Assembly (NCBI GenBank): GCA_023231475.1
Contig: JALJEE010002929.1
Location: 1-46,549 of the forward strand
Direction of reading: 5' to 3'
DNA: 46,549 nucleotides
DNA from: Seison nebaliae
Taxonomy: Eukaryota
In this document: piece by piece, positions 1-12,462 of the stretch
Layout: each line of letters begins with the position of its first letter
Numbering within the stretch: the stretch's first letter is position 1
The notes under the pieces: generated by a model
What the model saw: the letters and a program-made list of their open reading frames with translations, nothing else
Databases searched by the model: none
What the model was told of the DNA's origin: nothing
Translations under genes and position numbers: made by a program

Positions 1-936
1 CTGACAGTCTTGCTGATCAAACCTCTTCAAACTAATGATCTTCCACATTGTTTTATAGAAGATATAGAAACAAATTCATAATATTATTGCATATATTATA
101 TTTAATCTTATTTAATTTTAATCATAATAAATGTTTAATTGGAAACACTCATCTCATTTGGATTCTTATTTTGGAAATAAATATTTAGAAAAACAACGAA
201 TTGTTTTAGATGGAAACAGTTCCATATTCGACTTATTTATAAATGTTGTCCAATTATCATGTCATATTTAATTAATACGTGTTAGTTAGATCGAGGACAA
301 TATACAGAAAATTGGTTTTTGTAATAATATTCAGTTGTCGTAAGTGTAAAAATGTAGAGGATTATTATACCAATGGTCGACAGTGTGTCGCTTTCTAATT
401 TCAATGACTCTAATTAGAAGTATAACGTTAATGAAATTATTTTTATCGTGAATAGATATGTATTATTAGAAAAGGAAATAAATCGAATAGTTCTAGTATG
501 AATAAGATAAAAATTATATATGGACAATCAACTTATGAAACTATTCAGATGAAATATATTGAAAAATAGTTGTAATTTTAGAAATATTAAATATTCTCTC
601 ATTGAACATAATGATCATAATGTATAAGAAATTTGTATGATGTATGTACAATAAAATAACAAATATCATAGAGTATTATAGGTGAAAAAAGGAAAAATTC
701 TCAAATATTTTAATTACTAATTATTTTATGGAAAAAATTAATACAATAAAAAATCAGAAAAGAAAAATCTTTAATAATTGTTGCGTAATATTTATTTAGA
801 ACTCTTAATTGAAATAAAATTTCTGAAAATAATTCTGTTAGTTAGTACAAATAGTGACGTAGATGTAGTAGGAAATAAGTAGTTTTCAGATTAATTTGCT
901 GTCTTATTTGTTCGTTGCTTGGCAACACTTGTAGGA

Positions 937-3900
937 ATGAAAAATTCCAAAAAAACTTCCAAATATATATTAAAAAATGCTTTAACTGAAATGACTGAAC
1001 TAGAGAATTCACAAAATGTGGATGATTCGTGCACATCGTTGGAGGAAACAGTATTAAGGAAGATCCAAAGTAAGTTGAATGGATTTTTCCCGTCCGTCAT
1101 CATTTTCATTACTGGTGGTGCCAAAAGAATGAATATTACTACAAAAATGAAACGAGGATTTGAACTTGGTCTAACGCATTATATAGATCATTCATCCTTC
1201 AAATATGAATTATTCAACTATGGTCCGCTGGTGTTCGATGGGGGTAGTTTCACGGGTGTAATGAAATTAATTGGTGATATTTACGCGAAATTGGAAGCGA
1301 TTAAGGAATGCAGACAAGATAAAAGACCAAATAATTTAATATCATTATATAATGAGAAATATGAAAAAAAGAAAGATCATCGTAGAGCTATCTGTGTTCC
1401 ACTCGACAAGAATATTTTTAGCGAACGTTACAAACTGATTGCGAAAGTTTTAACAAATTATTTTAATGAAACAAATAAAGAAGAATTTATTCCTCCGGTA
1501 ATTCTTATAGTTATCGAAGGTGGAATACAATCAATCAAAGAAATTCTCATGATAATCGAATATTTTGATGGAGATGTGATAATTATAAAGAATTCGGGTA
1601 GAGCATCAAATGCTATTGTAGAATTGAAAGAAACTTTGGTAGAAATTGATGTTGAATTTGTAGATAAACATTTCGTCAGTGAATCAAAAGATGATCAAGA
1701 GGTCATAAATATTTTGGAGAAGATACGTCAAAATATTAAACGAATTCACATTTGTCAATTAGCGACGGAGAAGTGTTTGTGTCGAAGCATTCTCGATGTA
1801 TTGATCAGTGAAGGAAAAACTGAGATGCCAAAACTCAAATCTGAACCATTCGATTATGTTAAATTAAAATTTCAAATGTTGCCCACACAAACTGATAGGA
1901 GAATTCCATTTTTGAAGAATATTGGAGAGCAAATATGCAAGTTCGATTATGGAGAACAAATGAAAAATTTTATTTTTATGGATGCTCAAAAGAAACGACA
2001 AGAGAAGGACGACGGAAGGAATGACGTCGTTTCATTTATTGAAGATAAACTGATCGAATATGACAGTTACAAATCAATGGACGTCATATTGGAATTCAGT
2101 TATCTGCATCTAACCAGAAAGAGGGAGGAGGAACTCCTTGAAAAAATAATGAATTACTTCAAATCGAAAGATGGAAAATATCCATGGAGGTCTCTTTCGG
2201 TTTTCCTTAAATATTTGGTGGGAAAAGACAGACACATTTTAGTTATCGACAATGCCTTAATCGCTTCGAAGGCTTGTGGAGATAGAAGTGAACTGTTGGA
2301 AAATATCAACCGTATGGCGAATAGTAATCGTTGGAAGAAGATCTCATCGGAATTTGAAGATATTGCATTTCGCCATTGCAATAAATTACCTGAATCAGAT
2401 TACATAGAGTCAGAATCTGATAATCTTCTGGATTCGATGTTGAAGAATGCAGCTGGAATTAAGAGATTACATTTCTTCTCTAATTATTATGTGACGAAAA
2501 TCATCAGACAAAAATGGTATGGAAATATCGACAAGAAACATTATTCAGGAATACGCGTTCCTCTCACCGTTTGATTTCATCCTACCATTATTTTAATTTC
2601 TCCTTTAATTTAGTTTCTTGTCATTTTGACATTCGTCTTTTCCAAGTTTCTGTCTAGACATAAGAACATAAGTTTCTGGCATCAAATTAAAGGTGTTTAC
2701 ACTTCACCTAACGTCAAATGTTTCTGGTATTTGGTTAATTAGAAGATTTATTGAATAAACTTAACACCATTCTAACACACTCACTTCTTTCTTATATAGA
2801 TCACTTACATCTTCTATTTTCTGGTGAGTACATTTTGGTTGGTGACAAGTGACCTGGAATCTCAATTAACGATTGATAAATTGAGAATTGGAACTAAGCA
2901 TGGTTTTAACGATCAGGAAATTTGGCAATTGCTTTCAATGATATTTGCTATTGCTCACTTAATTGATTTTATTGCTAAATGTTGCACTAGAAGTGAATGT
3001 GGTGCTTGTTCTACCAATTGTCGATGTTGTGATGAAAATGAATGTCGTCAACCCAAGAAACTTTTAATCAGATCATGGGAAATTCTGGATCTGATTATTC
3101 AACTATTGATGGTTCTTGGAATGATTCTACGGTTTACTCCAAGTTCAAATTATAGTCGATATTTTTTTACAATTGCAATTATGGGTATGCCTATCAGATT
3201 ATTGGGAATAACCAGAGCAACGACTATGGTCGGTCCACAGGTACAAATGGTGATACAAATGATGGTTATATTTTTATTTAATATCTTATAAATATATCAA
3301 TTGAATAACTGATAAATTTTTTATAGTATGATGATACGTTAAAATTTGCTATTATATTCATGCCAATTTTCTTCTCATTTGCCATCGCATTTCAATCACT
3401 ATTCTATTTGAGAGATATTTGGAGATTACAAGTTTTTAATATGATGATGATCCGTCCTTTCTTCTATCTTATGGGAGAATTTCGAGCATTTAGCGAATTG
3501 AAATATGGTTAGAAGAACAAATTAAATTCTTTCAGTTCAATAATCTGATTATTAGCTGTTGAGCCATGTTATCCTTTCGACGAATTTGAACGACGATGGA
3601 ATCTGGGACAAAGAAACGTGACAAACTGTTTGGACAGTGTTGGTGGTACTTTCTTTAGTTTCCCAATCCTATTCTTCATTACTTATATGATATTGGGCTC
3701 TCTTCTTTTCATCAATATGCTCATCGCCATGTATTCTAAAACATTTGAAAAAATTATTGTTAGTTCTTTTGAGTAGAAAATCATATATTTCATTTCTAGA
3801 TGAATCGAGGAGCATCAATTTACAGTTTATACGAAATATTTGAGGAATTCAAAGATTATTCTTTTCTTCCTCCACCACTCAATGTATTTTACTGGTTCTT

Positions 3901-3985
3901 CAGATTGTGTCTATGGATAGGTTCCCGTATAAGATGTTGCAAGAAAAGAAAGAATTTCGATGAAGAATATTCTAAAACTAAATAA
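937..3985 (+). CDS. TRPM-family cation channel, divergent (6 exons: 937-2568, 2614-2733, 2800-3264, 3327-3507, 3556-3758, 3800-3985)
   Basis: N-terminal SLOG/MHR motifs (IIFITGGAK, PPVILIVIEGG, SGRASNAI). After removing five GT-AG introns the frame gives pre-S1 'VYTSPNVKCFW', S4-S5 'VGPQVQMVIQMMYDDTLKF', pore 'RPFFYLMGE', S6 'LLFINMLIAMYSKTFEK' and TRP-region 'LPPPLN'. Confidence 0.85.
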
Positions 3986-5033
3986 TTTATATTTCTTTCA
4001 TTTTTCACAGTTTATTTTCCACTTATTGGATCTCAATACGAAAATCATTTTTGATCATTGTTATAAAATACCTTTCATTAACTGATTTAGCAATGCATTA
4101 TTGAATTTATATTCTTATTATTTATTACTTTAAACTATTTTTTTATTATTATTATTATTGTAATTTATTATCAAAATATTATCAAGTAAAGAACGATTGC
4201 TCCTGTGGAAACAACATATTAATCTCCTGATAAACCGATTGTAGGCGCGATCAATTGACAGAAATGAACGTTGCGTGCATAGGGAAATAGTTTCCAAAGA
4301 ATATACTGGAAGAACTAAAGTCTTAAAAAGTTGTAGGCGTAATTTTAAAGAAACGAACGAATTGTCTTGGGAGAGAAAGAGAAAAAATATCTGCATAATT
4401 TGTTTCGAATGTGATCCAAGGCGAAAGAGGAGAAACAACGGAGATCGATGGTTGAACCAAGAAAGATAGTTGAGGATTTAAGTGGAACTAGATAAGGATT
4501 TTATGTTTAACAAAATTATTCTAGGTTAATTAACATGATTAATTTCATTCAAACAGAAATACAGTATTTTGTGTTACTATTAATAGAAATATCTCTGAAG
4601 ATAACACCAAATAATGAAATGAATTAATAAGTTTGAGAAAAATTTAATTTATTTACAATTAGTATGAAATTTATTTGGTATAAATAATTTCAGGATTCTT
4701 ACAAGATGGAATGTTAGATGGAACATCTTGACAAGAAGATATTCTGACGCTAAGTCACCTTAGTCGTGGCAAGAGAATAGGTGATAAAATCTTTTCACGT
4801 GCAACAGTTATCGTTAGAGAACAATTTGTCTCATTAAAATTTAGAGCTCTGATATATTAAGTTGAATGGAGAAATAATTTGTTTTATTTGTAAATAAAAT
4901 TCTTTCCATTTTAGTTTGTTCATTCAAATTTCTTTATTTTTAATTTTTCTTTAGTTCTGTTTTATTTTATCTTTTTTCAATTGCTCGAAGTAACACCACT
5001 ATCGGACACTCATAAGCGATTATCTTAAGAGGA

Positions 5034-5472
5034 ATGAAACAAACTATCTGGTTATTTAGTTATATCGTCTATTGTATGGCGAATTTAAATAATGATGGAA
5101 CTCATCATCTTCGCTCTCAAGCTCATAATGAAGAGTTAACTAATTTATTTGCTCATTCTCTTCTTATTCTCATTCGGAAGACACATTAAAGAACATTTGA
5201 AGGAGGAACATTATGCGAAACCAGATGAAATGTCACAAGATGATCAGAATTTCTATTATTTCAAATTACATGACTATGATCACAATAACAAATTAGATGG
5301 AATTGAATTATCCGCCGCTTTTTCTCACGTCGATAATCATGAAGGTCAAGAAGAAAAGATGACGGAAGAGAAAGTTATGGGTTTGGTAGATCATGTACTG
5401 AAAGAAGAAGATGCAAATGGAGATGGATATATCACTTATGATGAGTTCTTAGCAGCAATCAAAAGATCTTAA
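5034..5472 (+). CDS. MCFD2: MCFD2-like secreted double EF-hand protein (intron 5135-5180)
   Basis: Signal-peptide-like exon 1; spliced 'EHIKEHL', 'FYYFKLHDYDHNNKLDGIEL' and second EF-hand 'DANGDGYITYDEF' match the MCFD2 family. Confidence 0.9.
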
Positions 5473-5700
5473 TTATTTTTCCTTCTAAATTATTTATCCA
5501 ATTCTCTTCGATATATTAAACAATCAATCTGATCATTTTAAATCAAAATACATCTAATTATCATGCTCGTCATCATAATTATCATTTTCTGAGAAATATT
5601 TATTTCAAATTCTTCTTATTTGTTTTTGAGTTCTATTTATTCTAATTTTTTTCCCTTTTCATTAAATTTATGAATATTAGATAATTTCAATATTTTTTTT

Positions 5701-7342
5701 ATGATTTTATTCTTCATTTCACTTATTCAATTAACTTCTGCATTCAACTTATCAACAAGTTTCCACTTCTTATTCGTTTAATTTAAATCCAATTGAACAG
5801 ATCATGACGATTATAAGAATTTGAGAGGATTGATTGAGAATTATAAATTCTATTCAGCTCCTTCAAATTTCCTCAATTCGAGTAAGACGCGTGACAATAA
5901 AATCTCTTACACAATTAAACATTATCTCATCGTTTAAATTGATTCTTATTAATCTTAAAATTTTCATATTTGAAAGGAGAAGCAAAATGTTTTATCCCGT
6001 CGATATCATGTCAACGTTCTATTCCGCATACGAATTGTTATGTTTATAATTGTGCAATTTTAGTTTATAATTTTTCCAGAAATGGGAAGATGGAAAAATT
6101 GAACAATTCCAAAATCAAAATCTTCCAAGTTGACAAATTTTAAATGTTTCAATTATAATTCTTTTCGGAAAGATCTTATTGATTTGACATCATTCACTCC
6201 ATATTTATGGTTGCCGTTGAAACGGTTCGATTTGAAACGACATGATGATGGAGAGATTGTGAGATGGAATCATGAATTAACGTTGAATATCGAAGATAAT
6301 TCATTCACAATCACTTTCCACAAACTTCATCAGATGACTTGTCATTTAATGGATTCATCTGCCAATCAAATGAAATGTGAATCATCAGTTAAATTTAATA
6401 TTCTCATACCAATTTTCAGTTTCTCAGATTTCATTATTCGAACCGAAAATAAAGATGACGAGTCATTTAGAAGGTGATATAATTAAATCTTCATTGTTCG
6501 AAATGGAGAATTTCAAAGAAGAAAATTTTATAATTTCATTCCATCTCCGATTTATGCATCAGATATCAAGTTACGATTTGATTAAAGAGAATTGATATCA
6601 TTTCATAATATAAATTTCAGATATTAACATTTATTTATGTTATTCAATTTTAACTCTTTTGTATTTGTCATTCGGATTGTCAATCGTAAGTAGAGAACGA
6701 ATATATTTATTGTCGATTATTCTCATTCTGGTGACGTTACTTCTCGTTTCGTTCTTTGTTTCAGGTGACATCTTCTCGAAACACTATTATAATCGAATCA
6801 TCTTCCTCACCGTTTATTCGACATTCCTCTGCATTTATATCACTGTCTTCTGGATGAGATTAGCAATTGGTGATCCAAATGTTTTCTTAAAGTTTTCCTT
6901 CAACAACTTTTCTAATTAATATTCTTAAAGAAGATTTCCTCAAATTATGAAATTATTCATTCTGAATTATCTTTCATTTGTCGTCGGGTTATCAGGAAAG
7001 ACAAGAGAAATTTCTGAAGAGATTTTAAAGTTTTTTCTTATTTTAATTTCATGCACTAAATTAATTTATTCATTCGATTGTATTAAATAAATTGGAATGA
7101 TGGAAAGAATGGAGAATGAGAGAATAGATGAGAAATCGAATGATCATTCTCATGAGAATGTCAACGTGTCAACAGAATTGATATTGAGATCATTGAATGG
7201 ACTTTATAATGAGAAGAAGGAGAAACGATTGCAAGAATTGTATCGTTTCCAATGGGAAGTATGTGGAAATGTTATAAATCGATGTTGTTTCTCAATTTTT
7301 ATTTTTTTTAATTTTTTCACTTTTTATCATTTCCTCTATTAA
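5701..7342 (+). CDS. Highly divergent Cys-loop ligand-gated ion channel subunit (nAChR-like), about 9 exons
   Basis: Signal peptide, 'KWEDGKI', 'LWLP', 'DGEIVRW', a Cys pair, M1-M3 hydrophobic helices with M2-like 'RERIYLLSIILILVTLLLV', post-M3 'FPQIMKLFILNYL' and M4 'QWEVCGNVINRCCFSIF'. Frame is continuous across introns starting at 5759, 5932, 6037, 6129, 6388, 6570, 6892 and 7030. Confidence 0.7.
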
Positions 7343-7982
7343 ACTATTCTTCTCGCTCCATGAGACATCGCTTGAGATGATGATTGTTGTTGTGCCGTTT
7401 GATGATGATGATGATTTGCTGTCGATGAACTTGTGGCATTTAATTGAGAAATTTCTTTGACTATATTATTGACAATTGTTGAATAATCGAATAATCCACG
7501 AGCATCAATATTCGCTTCTCGAATAAACATTTCCACATCTTCATGAGGCAATGGCTCGCCAAGACTCGTTAATGCATGCTTCAATTCTTGAGCAGAAATC
7601 TTTCCTGTTCCGTCGACATCGAATGTTTTGAATGCGTCAATTAATTCATTAATTCGCGATTCACCATCTGGTAATTCTTTAGCAATCGATGTAAATTGTG
7701 AGAAAGTAATTCGATCTAACAGAAATGAAGTTTGAGAAGATCTAAAAAGAATTGAACCTCCACGATTTCCTACTGATTTAATGATATTTTGAATTTCATC
7801 GTTCGATGGAACTTTTCCTGCAGCTCTCAATGCTTCAACTGCTTGCGTTGTACTCACATAACCGTGTTGGTGAGTGTCATAAAAGAGGAAGACTTCTTTC
7901 AATTCTAAATGAGAATTCTTATTTAAATTTAAATTAAACTTGAAAAAATTAAACTTTTATCGATATCGGAAGCTGGTGCCAT
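7339..7982 (-). CDS. Myosin essential light chain / calmodulin-like EF-hand protein (introns 7905-7954 and probably 7716-7757)
   Basis: 'LKEVFLFYD', 'ALRAAGKVPSNDEI', 'AFKTFDVDGTGKISAQELKHALTSLGEPL' are typical of myosin essential light chains. First exon is MAPASDIDK. Confidence 0.85.
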
Positions 7983-8225
7983 TCTTGAAATAGTTGAAAT
8001 GAAAACGAACAAAAATTATTCAAATTTCTAATGAAGATAAATTAGAAGATATTTTCAGAAAATTGTATTGAAGAAATATTTCCGAGATAATCAGTTTAAA
8101 GATAAAAATATTATTTGAGAATAAACGACCTGAGATCATCTTCATCATCGTCATTATCACATTATGATCATTTGTCAAATAAACCAGAAGAAAAGAGAGA
8201 GAGAGGAGATTAAGAGGATTTTCGT

Positions 8226-10811
8226 TCAATTTGTTGATTCGATTTCTTCCAACTCTGGCAATTTTTCCAATCTCTCCACAATTCTCTCTAACGGCAGAAA
8301 TCGACTACTATGTTCATTAACTCCTGTACATACAAAGAAATGTACGAGAAGACAGAGTAAACAATTGATCAGAAAATGTCGTTCATAAACAGATAAAATT
8401 TCCGTTAAAATATTCGCGTTATTTTCATAACCAATCGTTGTTGTTGTTGTTGGGAGTTTTGAAAAGAAAGAAGAATATGAGAAGGAATGAAAAATGATAT
8501 AACGTGTTTGTTCACCGGTAAAGTTGCCTGCTAGCAACACGGAACGTAATTGTACGTCGTGGAGGTAATAGAGGAAATTATTCTTTACAACAAATTGAAC
8601 AATAGGAATGCGTGCCTTCAACTAACAAGAATGATAAGACGTCAATAATAGTTCCGATATTAACTTTTTTAATTTGTTTCATTGTCGGTTTTAACGGTGG
8701 TCCTTTCGTAGCACCTGCATCATCCAAACGGAAATATGTCCCAAATTTCACCTGAAAACAAAACAATCGACAATAAAAAGAAATTTTCAGTTTTTTCTTT
8801 AACCTCCCTCGGATAAGTTTTCAAGGATGATGATACACCGCCATAATTGTTATCTGGTGGTTTGTCCGCAAATACGTGAGATGAATCGAAACCTTGAAGG
8901 AAGTCTGACAACTTAAAAAAACGATATTTTTCAACAATAAACAAATGATTAATTGACCAACATAAAAAATGTCCGTGACATCAATTTTCGGCATTGAAAT
9001 ACGTAAATTTGTCGGTTCCCATAACGATAAGATTTCTAGGAGGAAACTTTCATTTATGATACTATGTGCACGACGGAATACACGCGGTTTATTCTGTTGC
9101 AACGCTATTAAACTTTCACTTAATTTCAAAGCGACAATATTCTCCGTTTCTTGAGAGTCATATGAATAATATTCATATTCCGACGATTCGTCATCTTTTG
9201 GTACATCTTGTAAAATTTTAGACGGGGTTGGTTTATTCATTTCTTCTTTCTTAACCGTCTTCAATTTGAACGTGGATGGTGGTGGGTTATTAATGACATT
9301 CTCCTTAACATAAGGAGGACTCCAAAGAGTAGGTCGAATGACTCGGTGAAATGGTTGTTTACGGATTGATGTTTTCGTTTCAAGTCCATGCTTACTCTCA
9401 TCATAATGTAGAAGTAGTTTCTTCATTTGTTCATTTGATCGAGGAATCACTAAAGTTAAACGAAGTTTACCCGCTAAATAAATAAAAAGAATTAAGAAAA
9501 TTAATTAAAGTTATTCATCATCAACTCTCATCACTAACAACATAAAGGCATTGCGATGACATGTAAACGTTTCTGCTTATAATATCGATAATGAAAGTCA
9601 GTTGATTGTAGTTCTATATATGGCATCACTTTATTATGTCCAGAATAACAGCGAAAAGTTCCCAAGTAATCATTCCTGAGTGTATGAACATTCCTATCCC
9701 AAAGAGCTAAATTAATTAATTAATTTAATCCAAGAAGATCGAATATAAACTGGTAAATTTTTGAAAGGCAACAATTGTCATTGGGTTCATTTTTTTCATA
9801 TCATTCATACTTAAGAATTTGATGAAAATTCTGACTCGTGGACAAATTCTACGTATTCTGTCTGTGATAGCTTTTCGATGTCTCTCAAATATAACTTCAT
9901 CCTGCGCTTCTGTTAATGTTGCACCATAACAACTGTTGACCTATTTTGAATATGGAATAGAAATGGATACTAATAACTGTAACTGAATGAGTAAAGAAAG
10001 TATTTAATCGATCGTCTACTGGATAAGGTTTAGCAGCAACACTAATAAACGATCGGAAATTCATTCTCAACCGATCACTTATTCCATTGGCGCCATGGAA
10101 TGCGTTCTGATAAACACATTGTACTTCTTCCGTTCGTTTTCTTTTCTAAAGAAATTCTCAACTTTAATTGAATATTTTTCATTTGACTAACTAATAGTAT
10201 ACGATCAAGTTGAGCTTCATTCTTTATGTTTTTTCTTCCCAAATCATCTGCCACTTTCAATAATTCATGTAATGGATTTATACCTTCATCCTTACATAAT
10301 TGTATTAAGTTATCAACCGAATTCGTTTCAGTGACATCAGTTTTAGTTTCTTCATCTTTGAATAGTGACATTTCTAAATTTAATCATAAAAATGAATAAT
10401 TTTAATATAAGATCTGACCGCTTGGATGATGCCAATTTGCATCTATTAATAATTCTCTTAGACAATCGAATAATTTTATTTCAAATTCTCGCACTTTATC
10501 ACAGCTATATGGCAAATTAAGAATATTATAAAGTTCTTGAGCTGTTTTACCTAGTGCACCAGAAGCCAAAAATAAAATTACCGTTGACAGTTGAGTGGGT
10601 GACATGAGAGTTGAGCAACATGGATCTAAAATTAAAGAGAGTAAAATGTTAAAATACAAAAGTTGTTGGAACCTCGATAATATTTGAAGACATCTAAACA
10701 ACTGAGAGCGAAATTCAATTGCTTAAGTCTCACTTGTTTTTTTAAACTAATCACATCATTCGTTGAATAATTGTACGCCCTAATCGTTTTTTCATCTGCA
10801 CACACATCCAT
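8226..10811 (-). CDS. Serpin-fold protein with large internal insertion, about 10 exons; 3' end uncertain
   Basis: Helix A 'LNFALSCL', 'LMSPTQLSTVILFLASGALGKTAQELYNIL', 'IAMPL...GKLRLTLVIP', 'LRISMPKIDV' and C-terminal 'FVVKNNFLYYLHDVQLRSVLLAGNF' follow the serpin motif order after splicing. Confidence 0.8.
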
Positions 10812-11104
10812 TGAAAGAAAAGGTTAAAATTTTCTATTTCGATTTTCAATTTTAACCCAATTTAATTTTCTTATTGAATTGTATACTCAATCATCCTAAT
10901 ATATATTAAATATTATTTTAATTTCTTAACTTGCCAACTAATAAACTTTACTACATAGAAAAATTAAATTTATTATGAATGAGAATATTGGAAATATATA
11001 TTATTAATTGATAAATTAATGAAATTTTTCGACAGTTTAATTGTAATCATTTTATTCCGTGGTCATTTTTTAATAGTTAGACAATTATATAGTTAGATTT
11101 ATAC

Positions 11105-11682
11105 CTACCAGTACTGGTATTCATCAGTAAGAGCATCGTTTGGATCACCAGATAGGGTCGTCAATAAGGGTCGTCCAGAATTTGTTTCCAATGGTGAAGG
11201 CGTAGGTATTTCCGATATCGAACTTTCGGAGATTGAAGAGGAAGTTGTTTGTGGAAGAACCGTAGTAGGATCTTTTCGTTGGATTGAACTATCAACTTTT
11301 GATGTTAGTGATGGTTTTTCAGTTTTGGATCCTGATGAAAATTTCAAACTGTTTGCAGAAGTTAAACGGTTGGAAGAAGTCCTATCTGATTTAATCGAAG
11401 TTCTTTGGGAAACTGGTCTGGTATTGGATTGTTCAACTTGTTCCGTCGAGAGTTTATCACTAAAATCTGAACTTCTAAAGGTAGAAACTGATGTTGAAAT
11501 AGATTGAGGATCATTTGAACTTTGAGTTCCTACAGATTCTCTTGTTGTACTTTTTGTTTTTATGGATGCAGTCGATCGAGGAATATTCGAGAAAGTTCCA
11601 ACTAATATTGATGTTGATGGTTTTCTGGATGGTTTTTTGGCATGAATTGTTGAACTAATTTCTTCGTCGTCCTCGTCATCAT

Positions 11683-11725
<43 letters not shown>

Positions 11726-12462
11726 ATTTGTTGGTGGACTAGGACGTTCATAATCATCATCATCATCATCATCAGTTTCTTCATTATTGTTATTATTACT
11801 ATCAGCATCACCGTTTATAATAGTATTATCAATATCTATGTTTATATCTCCATTGTTATTCTGATTTCCATCATCATCATCATCATCTTCTTGCTCCTCA
11901 TCATTATCATCATCATTATCAACGTTAGTGTTACCATCCTGACCATTTTTATTATCATCATCCTCACGATTCTCGTACGTTTCTTCGTTTCCATTATAAT
12001 TTTGATTTTCCTTCTCATCATTCGAATACTTATCATCATCGTTCATTGATTCGAGATATTCCAAAGCTTCATGTTGATTTTCTTCAAAAAATTCATTTGT
12101 ATCACTTTCACCAATATTCTCATTGTTATTACCAATTTGAATATTAACTTTATTCGAATTCGAACTACCGGAACCTGTTCCAACACCAATACCAACTGAT
12201 GATCCAATAGCCACAAATATTATTATTGAACAAAGGATTCCATTAAATGCCGATTTTCTTCTAAAGTAAAAGAAAGATGTTAATAGAAACGAACGAGAAA
12301 AAGTTTTCAAAGAAACTTAATTTTTTTGCTATTGTTTTTCTTGTTTGAATTAAAAGTGAACATTTTCCATCCAATATTCTTCCGTCCGATCTAGGAATAT
12401 ATAAAAATTCATCAAAATATTTATAGGATAATTTATAACGTCATACTGACCCTTGACGTCAT
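11105..12462 (-). CDS. Putative single-pass membrane protein with Asp/Asn-rich and Ser/Thr-rich low-complexity regions; start uncertain (12462 or 12363)
   Basis: 401-aa ORF: basic stretch then hydrophobic 'GILCSIIIFVAIG', long poly-Asp/Asn tract and mucin-like S/T region. A small upstream exon joins via a GTTTCT...TTTAG intron near 12261-12316. No recognisable domain. Confidence 0.65.
11663..11773. repeat. Coding trinucleotide/9-mer repeats (TCGTCGTCA)n and (TCA)n encoding poly-Asp
   Basis: Directly visible tandem repeats within the acidic ORF. Confidence 0.9.

Noticed and set aside
4130..4500. Short ORFs downstream of the TRPM-like gene
   Set aside because: No recognisable motif and no convincing splice link to the channel.
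11602..12039. Met/Thr-rich alternative-frame ORFs and regular repeats resembling an array
   Set aside because: Shadows of poly-Asp codon repeats; no repeat-spacer structure, so not CRISPR.
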